64,000 bases of DNA from Terriglobia bacterium (lineage in GTDB: Bacteria > Acidobacteriota > Terriglobia > 20CM-2-55-15): the NCBI GenBank assembly GCA_965198225.1, contig CBDAOY010000006.1, forward strand, positions 704,001 through 768,000, written 5' to 3'. The notes beneath the pieces are model-generated. The model ran no database searches. It saw only the letters and a program-made list of their open reading frames with translations, and had not been told where the DNA came from. Of the stretch, positions 41,165 to 52,156 are shown one piece after another; position 1 is the first letter of the stretch; each line of letters opens with the position of its first letter. A program made the position numbers and the translations under genes.

Positions 41165-41464
41165 ATGACTCAAAAACTATACGTTGGAAATCTGTCGTTC
41201 CAGACGACGGAAGGCGATCTGGAGACCCTGTTTGCGCAAGCCGGCGCCGTCGAATCGGTCCGGATCATTACGGACCGGGACACCGGCCGATCCCGAGGCT
41301 TCGGTTTTGTGGAGATGAGTGATGAAGATGCAAAAAAAGCGATTTCGCAGTTCAACGAAAGCGACTTGGACGGCCGCGCACTCACGGTCAACGAAGCGAA
41401 ACCTCAGGTGAAGCGCGAAGGAGGAGGCGGGTACGGACGCGGAGGCGGGCGCGACCGGTACTAA
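41165..41464 (+). CDS. RRM RNA-binding protein with Gly-rich tail
   Basis: RNP2 LYVGNL, RNP1 RGFGFVEM. Confidence 0.95.
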   Translation: MTQKLYVGNLSFQTTEGDLETLFAQAGAVESVRIITDRDTGRSRGFGFVEMSDEDAKKAISQFNESDLDGRALTVNEAKPQVKREGGGGYGRGGGRDRY

Positions 41465-41475
41465 AAGTTACGGAA

Positions 41476-41506
41476 GACACGGCAGTCCCGCTGCCGTGTC
41501 TCTCTC
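41476..41506 (+). terminator. Intrinsic terminator-like hairpin
   Basis: AGACACGGCAG-TCCCG-CTGCCGTGTCT followed by a pyrimidine run. Confidence 0.65.
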
Positions 41507-41901
41507 ACTCTCCGCCAAGCGATCAGATACAGAACGCGGACGACCCGGGCACTCCAGACAAGTTAGTCGTCAATTTTTGGGTGTTTGATAAGAGGCCGCG
41601 TAATGACCCGTGAGCTCGAAGCCGACGCATCGTCTGGCAAGAAGCTCGTTGCTCGGGCGGGGAACCGATCCTCATGAGGAGTCCGTCAGGGTCAACGGTC
41701 AGGGCGCCGCACGGAAAGGCCGGGCGCATGACTGCTAGCCCAAACCACTGCCGCACGCCATCAGAACCACTTGCAAATCAGGGGCCCCGGCTACTCGCAG
41801 GCGGCCAGGTGCACAACGAAATGCTGGATCAGTCGCGGAAAGTCGCCTAGCGGTTAGGAACGCTCGTTTGACCTGCTGTTGAGGCTACTTGGTCGGTTAA
41901 A

Positions 41902-42288
41902 CTAGTCAGTCTCGCCCGACGATTCCGGTGCTTGCATGAGTTCGATCCGATTCCCGAACGGGTCGGCGATGTGACCCCGTGGGCGTCCGTCCAGGGGTTG
42001 GGCCGCCGCGAACTCCACTCCTGACTCGCTCAGGTTGGAGAGGGCCTCGTCGAAGTTCTCGACCAGCAGGGCGGGATGCGCCTTTCGGGCTGGTCGAAAC
42101 CCCGGTTCGACGCCCACGTGGATTCGGATTCCATCGCTCTCGAACCAGGCGCCTCCCTTATTGGCCGATGCCGGCGGTTTGGGCACTTCAGGCAGACCCA
42201 GCAGACCGGAATAGAACGCCCGGGCCTCTTCCTCCCTCCCCGGGGGCATCGCCAGTTGGACGTGATGAATGCCGACTACCCTAACCAC
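41902..42288 (-). CDS. VOC/glyoxalase family protein
   Basis: HHVQLAMP, FYSGLLGL, KAHPA, DPFGNRIEL. Confidence 0.88.
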   Translation of the reverse strand: MVRVVGIHHVQLAMPPGREEEARAFYSGLLGLPEVPKPPASANKGGAWFESDGIRIHVGVEPGFRPARKAHPALLVENFDEALSNLSESGVEFAAAQPLDGRPRGHIADPFGNRIELMQAPESSGETD

Positions 42289-43417
42289 AGGTGCGTCGCT
42301 CCAGCAGCGGGTTGATTCGCGCGAGGACTTCATACGGGATCGTGCCGATCTTTTCGGCGAGTTCCTCGGCTGTGATTTCGGTGTCACCCTGTCGACCGAG
42401 CAGGACCACTTCGTCATCGAGAGACGGTGCGGCGTCCGTGACATCCAGTATCATCATGTTCATGGCGACACGACCGACGACCGGTACCGCCTTTCCACCA
42501 ACCAGTGCCCGGCCCGCGCTCGATAGTCGGCGGTCGTATCCTTCGTAGTAGCCAACAGGGATGACGGCCAACGTGGTCCCTCGGCCGGCCTGGAACGCCA
42601 GGCCGTACCCCACATATTCACCCGCAGCGATCGTTTTCAACTGTGCGATATTCGCCTTCCAGGTCAGGGCGGGCGACAGGTCCAGTTCCCGTCCGCGTTC
42701 GCGCGCAGCGATGCGGGTCTCGCGCGAGGGCCAGATGCCGTAGGTGCCGATGCCGAGGCGGACCATCGAGAAATGAGTCTCGGGGTAGAGCAGGATGCCG
42801 GCGGTTGCGGCGGCATGAATCTGGGTTGGTCGGATGCCAGCGCCGGCGAGTCCTTCGACTGCCTCGTTGAACCGCCCAAGCTGCATCCGGGCAAAAGAAG
42901 GATCGAGCGTGTCCTCGATGTTGGCAAAGTGGGTGTAAACGCCTTCGACCTCAACATCCGGGAGGGCGGCGACTCCTTCTCCAAAAGAGACAATTTCTGC
43001 CGGGCCGACACCCTGTCGATTCGTTCCGGTCTCGACCTTGACGTGGATCCTCGCCCGTTTACCCGACGCACCGGCGGCGTCGGAAAGCGCATGAGCCAGA
43101 TCCTGTCGGTAGATCACCTGGCGGAAGCCGTGTTCCACGATCGTCCGCGCGTCCGACTCTTTCGAGTGACCCAGGATCAGGATGGGTTTGCCCGGTGCGA
43201 CCTGCTCGACGGCCAGGGCCTCGGCCAGCGAATCGACGCCGAACCAATCGGCTTGATCGATGACGGCTCGGGATGCGGCCTCCAGTCCGTGTCCATAGGC
43301 GTTCGCCTTGACCACCACCATCAGATTCGTGCCCTCGGCCAGGACGCTCCGGAAAGTTTTCAGGTTTTGTCGAAGCCGGTCGCCGCTGACCTCGATCCAC
43401 GAACTGTTCAGACTCAA
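42281..43417 (-). CDS. alr: Alanine racemase
   Basis: VVKANAYGHG, GRVAMNM, GTIPYEV. Confidence 0.95.
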   Translation of the reverse strand: MSLNSSWIEVSGDRLRQNLKTFRSVLAEGTNLMVVVKANAYGHGLEAASRAVIDQADWFGVDSLAEALAVEQVAPGKPILILGHSKESDARTIVEHGFRQVIYRQDLAHALSDAAGASGKRARIHVKVETGTNRQGVGPAEIVSFGEGVAALPDVEVEGVYTHFANIEDTLDPSFARMQLGRFNEAVEGLAGAGIRPTQIHAAATAGILLYPETHFSMVRLGIGTYGIWPSRETRIAARERGRELDLSPALTWKANIAQLKTIAAGEYVGYGLAFQAGRGTTLAVIPVGYYEGYDRRLSSAGRALVGGKAVPVVGRVAMNMMILDVTDAAPSLDDEVVLLGRQGDTEITAEELAEKIGTIPYEVLARINPLLERRTCG

Positions 43418-43469
43418 ATGACGTTCACCTCGGCTAATTGGGGCCTCAATTATACGGTATGCTTGACCG

Positions 43470-44204
43470 ATGCCAGCCGCCGCTATCGAGTTCGAAGACG
43501 CTTCCTATCTCCTCGATTCCGGTCGCAGCATCATCGACAACCTCAGCCTGTCGGTCGCCCCAGGAGAGACCGTCGTATTGCTCGGACGCAGCGGTTCGGG
43601 CAAGACGACGACGTTGAAGTTGATCAACCGTCTTCTCGAACCATCGGCGGGTCGGGTCCTTGTCGAAGGCGAGTCCACCGACGAATGGGACGCCATTCGA
43701 CTGCGGCGCCACATTGGCTATGTCATCCAGGAAATCGGTCTCTTTCCGCATTTCACGGTTCGGGAAAACGTAGCCCTGGTTCCCTCGCTGGAAGGCTGGT
43801 CACCCGAGAGGATCGGTGAACGCGTTCGCCGGATGCTCGAACTGGTGGGCCTCGATCCGGATGGCTTCGCGAGCCGCTATCCGGACGAATTGTCCGGTGG
43901 TCAGCGCCAGAGAGTCGGCGTTGCGCGGGCTCTGGCCGCCGACCCTTCGATCCTCCTGATGGACGAGCCATTCGGAGCGCTGGATCCGATCACACGAAGC
44001 GAGATCCGGTCCGAGTTCAAGGATCTCCGGCAGCGACTGGGCAAGACCATCGTCTTCGTGACGCACGATGTCGCCGAGGCCTTCGCGCTGGGCGATCGCA
44101 TCGGACTGATGAAACAAGGGAAGCTTGTGGTCCTGGCGGAACCCGAGCGGTTCAGGGAGTTCGACGACCCCGAGGCGCGAGCTTTCCTGGAATCGGCGTC
44201 ATGA
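43470..44204 (+). CDS. Osmoprotectant ABC transporter ATP-binding subunit
   Basis: GRSGSGKT, LSGGQRQR, MDEPFGALD. Confidence 0.92.
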   Translation: MPAAAIEFEDASYLLDSGRSIIDNLSLSVAPGETVVLLGRSGSGKTTTLKLINRLLEPSAGRVLVEGESTDEWDAIRLRRHIGYVIQEIGLFPHFTVRENVALVPSLEGWSPERIGERVRRMLELVGLDPDGFASRYPDELSGGQRQRVGVARALAADPSILLMDEPFGALDPITRSEIRSEFKDLRQRLGKTIVFVTHDVAEAFALGDRIGLMKQGKLVVLAEPERFREFDDPEARAFLESAS

Positions 44205-44860
44205 GCGTCGTCCAGTACATGCTCCAGAACCGTGCCGAGGTGTTCCAATTGACGCTGGAACACATCGTGTTGGTCGGCGCTTCGACCTTGCTGGCAGTGT
44301 TGATCGGCCTTCCCCTCGGCGTTTTGATGACCCGTCGGGAAGGACTGAGTCGCCCTATCCTGACGTTTGCGAACGTGATGCAGACCGTACCGAGTCTCGC
44401 CCTGTTCGGGTTCCTGATCCCGATTCCCTTCATAGGCGGCATCGGTGCGCGGACTGCCATCGTCGCGCTGATTCTGTACTCGCTTCTGCCGATCATCCGG
44501 AACACTTACACGGGAATCACCCATGTCGACCCGGCTGTCCGTGAAGCCGCTATTGGCATGGGTATGACCGATTGGCAGTTGTTGAGGCAGGTCGAGCTTC
44601 CTCTGGCGATGGGCGTGATCTTCGCCGGTATTCGAGTCGCCACAGTGATCGCTGTTGGTCTGGCGACGATCGCGGCGGCGATTGGTGCCGGGGGGCTCGG
44701 GATGTATATCTTCCGTGGCGTGTCCATGGTGGATTCCAGGGTCATCCTGGCCGGCGCCATCCCCGCGGCGACGATGGCGCTGGTCGCCGATTTCGCGCTC
44801 GGCCGGGTGGAGCACAAGTTGAGCCGGCGGACGAAACACGATCGCGGGGGTGAGAGCTGA
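44201..44860 (+). CDS. Osmoprotectant ABC transporter permease
   Basis: QTVPSLALFG, EAAIGMGM, IGAGGLG. Confidence 0.92.
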   Translation: MSVVQYMLQNRAEVFQLTLEHIVLVGASTLLAVLIGLPLGVLMTRREGLSRPILTFANVMQTVPSLALFGFLIPIPFIGGIGARTAIVALILYSLLPIIRNTYTGITHVDPAVREAAIGMGMTDWQLLRQVELPLAMGVIFAGIRVATVIAVGLATIAAAIGAGGLGMYIFRGVSMVDSRVILAGAIPAATMALVADFALGRVEHKLSRRTKHDRGGES

Positions 44861-45750
44861 TGCGACCGAGGGGGCATGTCGCCGGAGCCGTGATTCTCGC
44901 GTTGGCGCTGAATGTGCTGTCCGCAGGATGTTCCAGAGAGAACAGGATCGTGATCGGGTCGAAGAACTTCACCGAGCAGATCATTCTGGGTGAGCTGATC
45001 GCGCAGCATCTGGAAAGGCACACCGATCTCGAGGTGGATCGGCGTCTGAACCTGGGGGGCACTTTCGTCTGCCACGAGGGGATGATCGCCGGACAACTCG
45101 ACATTTATGTGGAATACACCGGGACCGCCCAGGCGGCGATTCTGAAAGAACCGCCGTCCAATGACCCGGAGGCGGTGCTCGCTGCGGTCCGGTCCGCCTA
45201 TCTTGATCAGTTCGGAGTCGAGTGGACCGAGCCGCTGGGCTTTAACAACACCTTCGCCATCATCGTACGCGGCGACGACGCCAGCGATCTCGGACTCGCA
45301 ACAATCTCCGACGCGGCGCCGCACACCGCCGACTGGAGTGCGGGCTTCGGCTATGAATTCATCGAGCGTGAGGACGGGTATCCGGGTCTGAGGGAAACCT
45401 ATGGTTTGCAGTTTCCGACCGCGCCGCGCGTGATGGACCTGGGCCTGACCTACCGCGCTGTAGCGGACGGCGACATCGACCTGATCGCCGGCAATTCCAC
45501 AGACGGACTGATCGATGCCCTCGGCCTGGTCATACTCGAAGACAATCTGCGATACTTCCCTCCCTACGACGCCGTTCCGCTCATCCGAACCGAAGTTGCC
45601 GAAGCCCACCCGGAAGTCCGAGAGGCCTTGAGAATTCTGGATGGACAGATCACCGAATCCGACATGCGCCGGATGAATTACCGCGTGGACGGAGAACGTG
45701 AAGACGTAAAGGTTGTCGTGCGGGAGTTTTTGGAAACTAAGGGCCTATAA
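44860..45750 (+). CDS. Glycine betaine/choline-type ABC substrate-binding lipoprotein
   Basis: LSAGC lipobox, GSKNFTEQ, EYTGT, FPPY. Confidence 0.92.
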   Translation: MRPRGHVAGAVILALALNVLSAGCSRENRIVIGSKNFTEQIILGELIAQHLERHTDLEVDRRLNLGGTFVCHEGMIAGQLDIYVEYTGTAQAAILKEPPSNDPEAVLAAVRSAYLDQFGVEWTEPLGFNNTFAIIVRGDDASDLGLATISDAAPHTADWSAGFGYEFIEREDGYPGLRETYGLQFPTAPRVMDLGLTYRAVADGDIDLIAGNSTDGLIDALGLVILEDNLRYFPPYDAVPLIRTEVAEAHPEVREALRILDGQITESDMRRMNYRVDGEREDVKVVVREFLETKGL

Positions 45751-45757
45751 CGGGGGG

Positions 45758-46127
45758 GGTGTAGGTGCGGTCTATGAGCGCACATTCTAATCGATCGAGG
45801 GGGGTGGCTGGGACCTCGTCCGACAGCTATTGCAGATTGGTCATTGGACGATTCCGCATTGGAAATTTGGAGATTGCAAATTGCTCGATTTCTTATTGGT
45901 CGGAAATCTGAAATGAAACAATTTCCAATGAGCAACCTGCAATGTGGATTCTTTCAAATATCGCAATTTGCGATAGGTGTAGGTGCGGTTTAAGACCGCA
46001 CATCTTCGCTCGTCCGCGGATTTTGTGCGCTCATAGAGCGCACCTACACGCTCTATAACTTTTCTGCTTAGTCAAGACCCGGGGACAGGGCCAGGCCCCG
46101 GTCCCCCTCACAGTGGCTCTCTCGCGG
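45758..46127. repeat. Composite intergenic mosaic: REP, inverted family A element, REPIN, family B
   Basis: GTAG REP at 45761, family A 45830-45975, REPIN 45976-46049, family B 46061-46127. Confidence 0.8.
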
Positions 46128-46142
46128 CTCGTGGAGTGTGTC

Positions 46143-47414
46143 CTAAAATTGGCCCACAACGTCCCTGATCGCCACAACCGCAAAGAAGACCAGGACCAGA
46201 ACCAATACGACGTTGGCGCCCCAACCGTTCTTTTGGAGGGGGGAATCCCACTGAATCTTGTTGTTGAGATAGAGCAGCGTTATCGCCAGGAACGGGATGA
46301 AGAAACTGCCGACGATGGTGTATGTCACCAGCAGGAAGAGCGGCCGCCCGATGAAGGCGAGGGGTATCGGTACGAACGTGATGAACAGAAGCGCGATCCG
46401 GTACGGTTTGCTCGTAACCTGGGTGATTTCGTCACGGCGTTCGCGCGAGAACTTTTTGATGATCCCGTAGAAATCCGCAAACATGTAGGGGACGCCCTGC
46501 CAGACTCCCAACAGGGATGAGAACACCGCTCCCCAGAAGCCGATCGAGTACGCAAACGACCCCAGCGGTCCGATGGTCTGACCGAGCATCTCCGCCATCT
46601 GGGGGACGACCGTGGAGCTGTTGAGCTCGACTCCGGTCACGAAGAATGCCTGGTTGGCCAGCAAGAGGACGGCAATCGCAAGGATCGCCGTGACGAAGTA
46701 AGCGACGAACAGATCGATCCGGACGTATTTAAGGAAGGCCGGGCCGCTCATCCGTTTTTCGTGCATCCAGTAGTTGTAGTTCAGGATCGTGATCGTTCCC
46801 CCCACGCCACCGATAAGCGCGAACAGTGAACCCGTACTACCGGCCGGTATCGTCGGGATAAACAGTCCGCTCAGGGTCCCCCCGATGTCGCTGAACGTCA
46901 GGGCCGCGCAGGCCACGATGCTGACTACCATCAGGGCGATCAGCACCTGCATGACTTTCTCGAAACCTTTGAAACCACCGATCCAGACGAACACACACCC
47001 GATCAGACTGTGGAGGACCGCACCCCAGGCCGTCGGAAGCACACCGCCGGTGAGATTTGACATGCCGAGTCCGCATGCGTTCGCCAGTGCCGCGCTGACC
47101 GAGACGGTCCAGAGGACCATGTAAACCCCGAAGTACACTTTGACCCATCCGGGCAGGTACTTTCCCCATCCCTCCATGACTGTCGTGTCGGTTGCCAGCT
47201 GCCACCGGGCGATGCCTTCCGTCAGCACGTATTTGAAGAAGGCACCGATGGCGATCGCCCAGATCAGGACGAGTCCGAAATTTGCGCCACCCACCGTCGC
47301 AGCCGCCAGGTCGCCTGCGCCCACGCCGGTGGCGGCGACCATCAGACCGGGGCCGATCAGTGTCGCCAGGCCGATCTTCGGAAGCGCACCCGTTTTGCCT
47401 TCATCTACGGACAT
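46143..47414 (-). CDS. Nramp-like divalent metal transporter
   Basis: GPGLMVAATGVGAGD, about 11 TM helices. Confidence 0.8.
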   Translation of the reverse strand: MSVDEGKTGALPKIGLATLIGPGLMVAATGVGAGDLAAATVGGANFGLVLIWAIAIGAFFKYVLTEGIARWQLATDTTVMEGWGKYLPGWVKVYFGVYMVLWTVSVSAALANACGLGMSNLTGGVLPTAWGAVLHSLIGCVFVWIGGFKGFEKVMQVLIALMVVSIVACAALTFSDIGGTLSGLFIPTIPAGSTGSLFALIGGVGGTITILNYNYWMHEKRMSGPAFLKYVRIDLFVAYFVTAILAIAVLLLANQAFFVTGVELNSSTVVPQMAEMLGQTIGPLGSFAYSIGFWGAVFSSLLGVWQGVPYMFADFYGIIKKFSRERRDEITQVTSKPYRIALLFITFVPIPLAFIGRPLFLLVTYTIVGSFFIPFLAITLLYLNNKIQWDSPLQKNGWGANVVLVLVLVFFAVVAIRDVVGQF

Positions 47415-47623
47415 TTGTCTCTAGTCCTCCTCCGCCGGTCGAGTGGTGGGAAGCTAACAGATATCGTTGGAGGCGAGCAAGGGCTATTAGCGTAGGCCGT
47501 AGGCCGTTGAGGTGTTGCCTCTCGAGGGATTGCTTCTTAACTGGCGACGCATCGGAAGGCGGCCACCTCGCCAGTCAGCAATGCCTCGCCACTCACCAAT
47601 GAGTGTCGGTAAGAGAAACCACA

Positions 47624-47675
47624 ACGGCCTACGGACAACGGCCTACGCGCAACGGCCTACGGACAACGGCCTACG
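47624..47675. repeat. Heptamer tandem repeat (CGGCCTA/CGGACAA)
   Basis: About 7 units; complementary units cgtaggccgtaggccgttg near 47491. Confidence 0.7.
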
Positions 47676-49149
47676 GTTCCTGTTCCCTCTCCGCCTCCGC
47701 CTGCGCGGCTGCCCGGACCTCTGCTATCGGAACAATCCGTCCATGAATGGGCATCACCCGGTCCACACGCAGTCCGAGGTTCTCGATGTTTGCAAGCAAG
47801 TTGGCTACGAAGGGAAATCGCGGCAGGGTGACGGCGTTCGGTGCGGCCGGCGTGAAGACGTCGGCGAAAGTCAGGATGCGCTGCCCGGGAAAATAAACCA
47901 TCAGCAGTGTGCCGGCATGACGGCTTTCCTCGATCGGATACAACTCGATCGCTCGAGTGCCGTCCTCCAGGACATGCCTCCCGCTGATCGTCTCCAGCAT
48001 CAGTGGTTTCGGATTCCGCTGCAGCACATCCGGTGACAACCGGTGGGATCGTGTAGCGATGTCCTCAAACAGTGCGCGGTTCCGCTCGTGCGTGATGATC
48101 GTCAGCCCTTCCGAGATTGCCGCGCGGATTCCCCCCGAATGATCAAAATGGTGGTGGGTGTTTATGACGTGTGTCAGGGGCTTGTCTGGATTCAGCTGCC
48201 GCGCTCGTTCGATCACCGCCAGTGTCCTCGTATCGTTCTGAGGGGCCTCGATCAACACCAGGTGATCCGAGAGCTCGGCCACGACGCTGTGATGGGACTG
48301 TCCCGTCAAATACCAGATCCCGCGCGCGACCTCCTCCACCTCGACCGTTGCCCGCGGGGCCGGCACCGTTGCCGACTTTACGGAATCGGGCGAGGAGAGG
48401 TCGCCGGTGTCACTGTTCAGACTGTTTGTCAGTGTCAACTCCGCAACCATAAACCGGTCCACCATCTGCGTGAACCGTGTCGGGAGCAGGAGGCCGTCGA
48501 CCGGGTCGTAGTCCGCGAACGCCATTTCCGCGATCACATCGCCCAGGGCCGCGTGGTAGATCGTCGTCTGGATCTGCGCAGGCAATTTGGTCTGAGCGTC
48601 GACGTAGAGAGTGAACTCGCCGTCACTTGCGATGATGTCGAGGCTCTCGAACTCTCCCACCGAACGCTTGTTCAGAACCTGGCTTGCGGGATCGAGTGCG
48701 GCGCGCAGGAGCCCGATCGGGTGCATGCTGTTGAGTTGGGTCCTCCTCAAGCGACCCTCCATTTCCGACATGCGCTGGAGGCTTCCGTTTGCCGTGACGT
48801 TGAAGGCCACGCCGTTGTCCAGACCGAGAGTCTGGATGCGAGGATTCGTGTTGCCGGTCAGGTAGCGTGGTTCGCGGGTCCAGCGCAGCTGCCAGCGTCC
48901 GTTCGCGAAATCAATCGCCCTCCGGTACTCCGTGACCTCGAACATCGGGAGCTCACCATCCGGATTCGCATTCTGTCCGAGGTTGTAGCTGGATCCGCCT
49001 CCTTCGAGCACCAGGGTGTTCGCGCCACGGATTGCTTCTTCGCCCCCAACGGCCGTGACCACTTCATCGAGAAGCGCCATTTCAGGATTGGACGCAGAGC
49101 AACCCGCCAGAGCGGCGGCTATGATTGTCACGAGGAGTCGGGGTCTCAT
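47671..49149 (-). CDS. Lipoprotein, MBL-fold metallo-hydrolase
   Basis: LAGC lipobox, THHHFDH, PIHG. Confidence 0.85.
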   Translation of the reverse strand: MRPRLLVTIIAAALAGCSASNPEMALLDEVVTAVGGEEAIRGANTLVLEGGGSSYNLGQNANPDGELPMFEVTEYRRAIDFANGRWQLRWTREPRYLTGNTNPRIQTLGLDNGVAFNVTANGSLQRMSEMEGRLRRTQLNSMHPIGLLRAALDPASQVLNKRSVGEFESLDIIASDGEFTLYVDAQTKLPAQIQTTIYHAALGDVIAEMAFADYDPVDGLLLPTRFTQMVDRFMVAELTLTNSLNSDTGDLSSPDSVKSATVPAPRATVEVEEVARGIWYLTGQSHHSVVAELSDHLVLIEAPQNDTRTLAVIERARQLNPDKPLTHVINTHHHFDHSGGIRAAISEGLTIITHERNRALFEDIATRSHRLSPDVLQRNPKPLMLETISGRHVLEDGTRAIELYPIEESRHAGTLLMVYFPGQRILTFADVFTPAAPNAVTLPRFPFVANLLANIENLGLRVDRVMPIHGRIVPIAEVRAAAQAEAEREQEP

Positions 49150-49260
49150 TGGACTCTCTTGCAGTGTCTGGCCCCCGGCGCGCCGGCGACCCGGAGCCGG
49201 GAAAACATCGCTGCGTATGCTAGCATGACAGGCTCCAGCAACCCGAACCCACGTTTATTG

Positions 49261-51930
49261 ATGACCATCCGTACCGAAATCAGCGGTTCCGCTGCCGAGC
49301 AACTGTCCGACACCTGGTTTCTGGAGCGCATCGCCGAGTGGGCCACAGCCGAGCCCGACAGGTTCGCCTTTGCCGTCGATCACGCCGACACGGTCGAAGA
49401 GTACACCTACGCCGACGTGATGGAGAAATCCGGCCGTATAGCGGCGGCGCTCCATGCCAGCGGCGTCCGGCCCGGAGACCGGGTCGGTATCGAGATGGAC
49501 AACAGTCCCCACTGGGTCTTCATCCTGCTGGGGGCGCTCCGCCTTGGCGGGGTAGGCGTTCCGCTTTCGGTGCTTCTTCCGGCATCTTCGATACGCCGGC
49601 TAGTCGATCACTCCGAATGCAGGCTCGTGTTTGCAGACGAATCCAACATCGAGACGGCCCTGGAGGCTTGCGACACACAGAAAGTGATCGGTGTCGGGAG
49701 CGCCGAGGGCGGCATCGGATGGGACGAATTTCTCCGACGAGGCGAGGGGGCGGACTGGGAACAGAGGGTATCTCCCGACGGAACCGCAGTTCTGATGTAT
49801 ACGTCGGGAACGACGGGCGACCCGAAAGGGGTGCGGATTTCGGCCCGTGGGCTGTCTCATGACATCCGCGGCTTGATCGAACTCCTGGAACTGACCCCCG
49901 GCCACCGGATTCTGTCGGTCCTGCCCTTTTCCCATGTCCTGCCGCTGGTAGCCAACGGGCTGGGTTCGCTGGCGTCGGGCGCTGGAGTGGTCTTCCTGTC
50001 CGTCATATCTCCGCAGGCCATCGTCGACGCATTCAAGCGCCAACGGATCAGTTTCTTTGTGTGTGTCCCACAGTTTTTCTATGCCGTGCACAAGCGAGTC
50101 TTCGCCCAGGTCGCGGAGCAGCCTTGGGTCGCCCGGAAGCTGTTCGGCCTCCTGTTCGGCTTCTCCCGCAGGATCAAGAACCAGCAGCTCAGCCGCAAAC
50201 TCTTCTCGCGAATCCACAAGGGGATCGGGCCCGACCTGACGTTGTTGATAACCGGCGGATCCCGCTTCGAGCCGCGTATTGCCAGGGATTTCCAGACGCT
50301 CGGCTACACGATGGTCCAGGCATATGGATTGACCGAGACCACCGCCGCCGCGACCGCGACGCCGGTCAGCAACAATACGGTCGGAACCGTGGGTTTGCCG
50401 GTCCGGGGCGTTTCGATACGGATCGATCGGCCGAACGAGGAAGGCATCGGCGAGGTCTGCATTGCTGGCGACATCCTGATGCAAGGCTACTATCTCAATG
50501 AAGCAGCGACTGAGGAGGCGATCCGTGACGGCTGGCTTCATACCGGGGACCTGGGCCGCCTCGATTCCGGCGGCAACCTGATGATCACGGGCCGCAGTAA
50601 GGACGTGATCGTGCTGTCGAGCGGCAAGAACATCTACCCCGAGGAGGTCGAGGAGCATTACGAAAAGTGTCCGTTCGTCAAGGAAATGTGCGTGATGGCG
50701 ATGCCCGAGGCATCCGGTCCGGGTGACACACTCCACGCCGTCGTCGTTCCCGATCTGGAGGAGTTCCGCAAGCGAAACCAGACCGCGATCGCCGAGATGA
50801 TCCGCTACGAGTTGGACAACAGGTCGAAGCAACTGGCTTCGTTCATGCGCGTGCACTCCCTGACGGTGCGGAACGAACCCCTGCCGCGGACCGTCACTCG
50901 GAAACTCAAGCGGTTCGAGATTTACGAGGAGGAGGTGAGGGGTTCCGAGACTGCGGATGCGGCCGTACAAACCGAGGACCATCCCAGGCTCCGCGAAGGC
51001 GTCGGTGCGGTCGTGGCAGAGGTCATTCACGAGGCCAAACCCGATCTGGGCGGCCTGCAGCCGGACATGAACTTCGAGCTCGACATGGGCTTTGATTCCC
51101 TCGGTAGAGTCGAACTGCTGGGCGACATCGAAGCACGACTCGACCTCGAGGTGGACGAAGAAAAGGCCAATCAGATCTTTACTCTCGAGGAATTACTCCA
51201 GGTCCTGGACCAGGCTGCAGGGACAGAGAGTTCCCAGCCCCGGAGTTGGAAAGAAAAGCTGACCGAGGACGGAGACGACGAACTTGCCTCACGGTTCATC
51301 CGTGAATCTCGTAAGAGCCTGATTTTATTCGGGTTTCCGACGATCCGACTGCTGGGCTCTATCGCGAAGATTCCGTTCCGGACGAAGGTCCGGGGACTGG
51401 AGAAGCTTCCGCGTCAAGGTCCCTACCTGATATGCCCGAACCATGTTTCTTACCTCGATCCCTTCCTGGTTTGCTCGGTACTGCCGTTTCGAGTGATCCG
51501 GGACATCTTTATCCTCGGCTACACCGACTACTTCGACGGTGCCGTGATGGGTTGGCTCGGGAGCACCGTCAACATCGTGCCGGTCGATCCGAACTCGAAC
51601 CTGACCCGCGCGATGCGGATCGCAGCGGTGGGCCTGCGGAAGCGGCGAATCCTGCTCGTCTTTCCCGAAGGAGAAAGGAGCATCGACGGCAACCTGACCG
51701 AATTCAAGAAGGGATCGGCGATCCTGTCGATCGAGTTGGGCGCCCCGCTCGTACCGATCGGGATGAGAGGTACCTTCGAAGCGTGGCCGCGGGGTGGGAG
51801 CTTGCGCCCCCATCCGGTCGAAATCGTGATCGGCGATCCGATCCTTCCGGACGCTTTCACCGAAGCGCCCGACCCCTATGAGGCGATCAATGACGCTCTG
51901 CGCGAAGCGGTCGCAGGCCTGCTGGAGTGA
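49261..51930 (+). CDS. Fatty acyl synthetase (AMP-binding) + acyl carrier domain + PlsC acyltransferase fusion
   Basis: YTSGTTGDPKG, YGLTE, TGDLG; GFDSL phosphopantetheine site; NHVSYLD, FPEGERS. Confidence 0.9.
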   Translation: MTIRTEISGSAAEQLSDTWFLERIAEWATAEPDRFAFAVDHADTVEEYTYADVMEKSGRIAAALHASGVRPGDRVGIEMDNSPHWVFILLGALRLGGVGVPLSVLLPASSIRRLVDHSECRLVFADESNIETALEACDTQKVIGVGSAEGGIGWDEFLRRGEGADWEQRVSPDGTAVLMYTSGTTGDPKGVRISARGLSHDIRGLIELLELTPGHRILSVLPFSHVLPLVANGLGSLASGAGVVFLSVISPQAIVDAFKRQRISFFVCVPQFFYAVHKRVFAQVAEQPWVARKLFGLLFGFSRRIKNQQLSRKLFSRIHKGIGPDLTLLITGGSRFEPRIARDFQTLGYTMVQAYGLTETTAAATATPVSNNTVGTVGLPVRGVSIRIDRPNEEGIGEVCIAGDILMQGYYLNEAATEEAIRDGWLHTGDLGRLDSGGNLMITGRSKDVIVLSSGKNIYPEEVEEHYEKCPFVKEMCVMAMPEASGPGDTLHAVVVPDLEEFRKRNQTAIAEMIRYELDNRSKQLASFMRVHSLTVRNEPLPRTVTRKLKRFEIYEEEVRGSETADAAVQTEDHPRLREGVGAVVAEVIHEAKPDLGGLQPDMNFELDMGFDSLGRVELLGDIEARLDLEVDEEKANQIFTLEELLQVLDQAAGTESSQPRSWKEKLTEDGDDELASRFIRESRKSLILFGFPTIRLLGSIAKIPFRTKVRGLEKLPRQGPYLICPNHVSYLDPFLVCSVLPFRVIRDIFILGYTDYFDGAVMGWLGSTVNIVPVDPNSNLTRAMRIAAVGLRKRRILLVFPEGERSIDGNLTEFKKGSAILSIELGAPLVPIGMRGTFEAWPRGGSLRPHPVEIVIGDPILPDAFTEAPDPYEAINDALREAVAGLLE

Positions 51931-52156
51931 GGCGGCAGCGCGGGCTGGGCGCCGTCACCGGCCCCCGGGTTCCGGGTGGGGATGCGACATAAGGTTGCGC
52001 TCCAGCGCTCCCAAGTTATAATTGATAGCGACTCCACCATCCATTTTCCTTGGAGTAGTGCCCCTTTGGTGACCCTCTCATCCCTTTTGATGAACCCTGG
52101 TGGTCTTATGCTGGCCGCGTCTGCCGTGCGTTGCCACGATCGGCCCGGAGGAGATC

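Noticed and set aside
48043-49260. N-terminal 400 aa of the 1295-aa ORF
   Set aside because: Antisense shadow of the MBL-fold gene; the real start is near 49261
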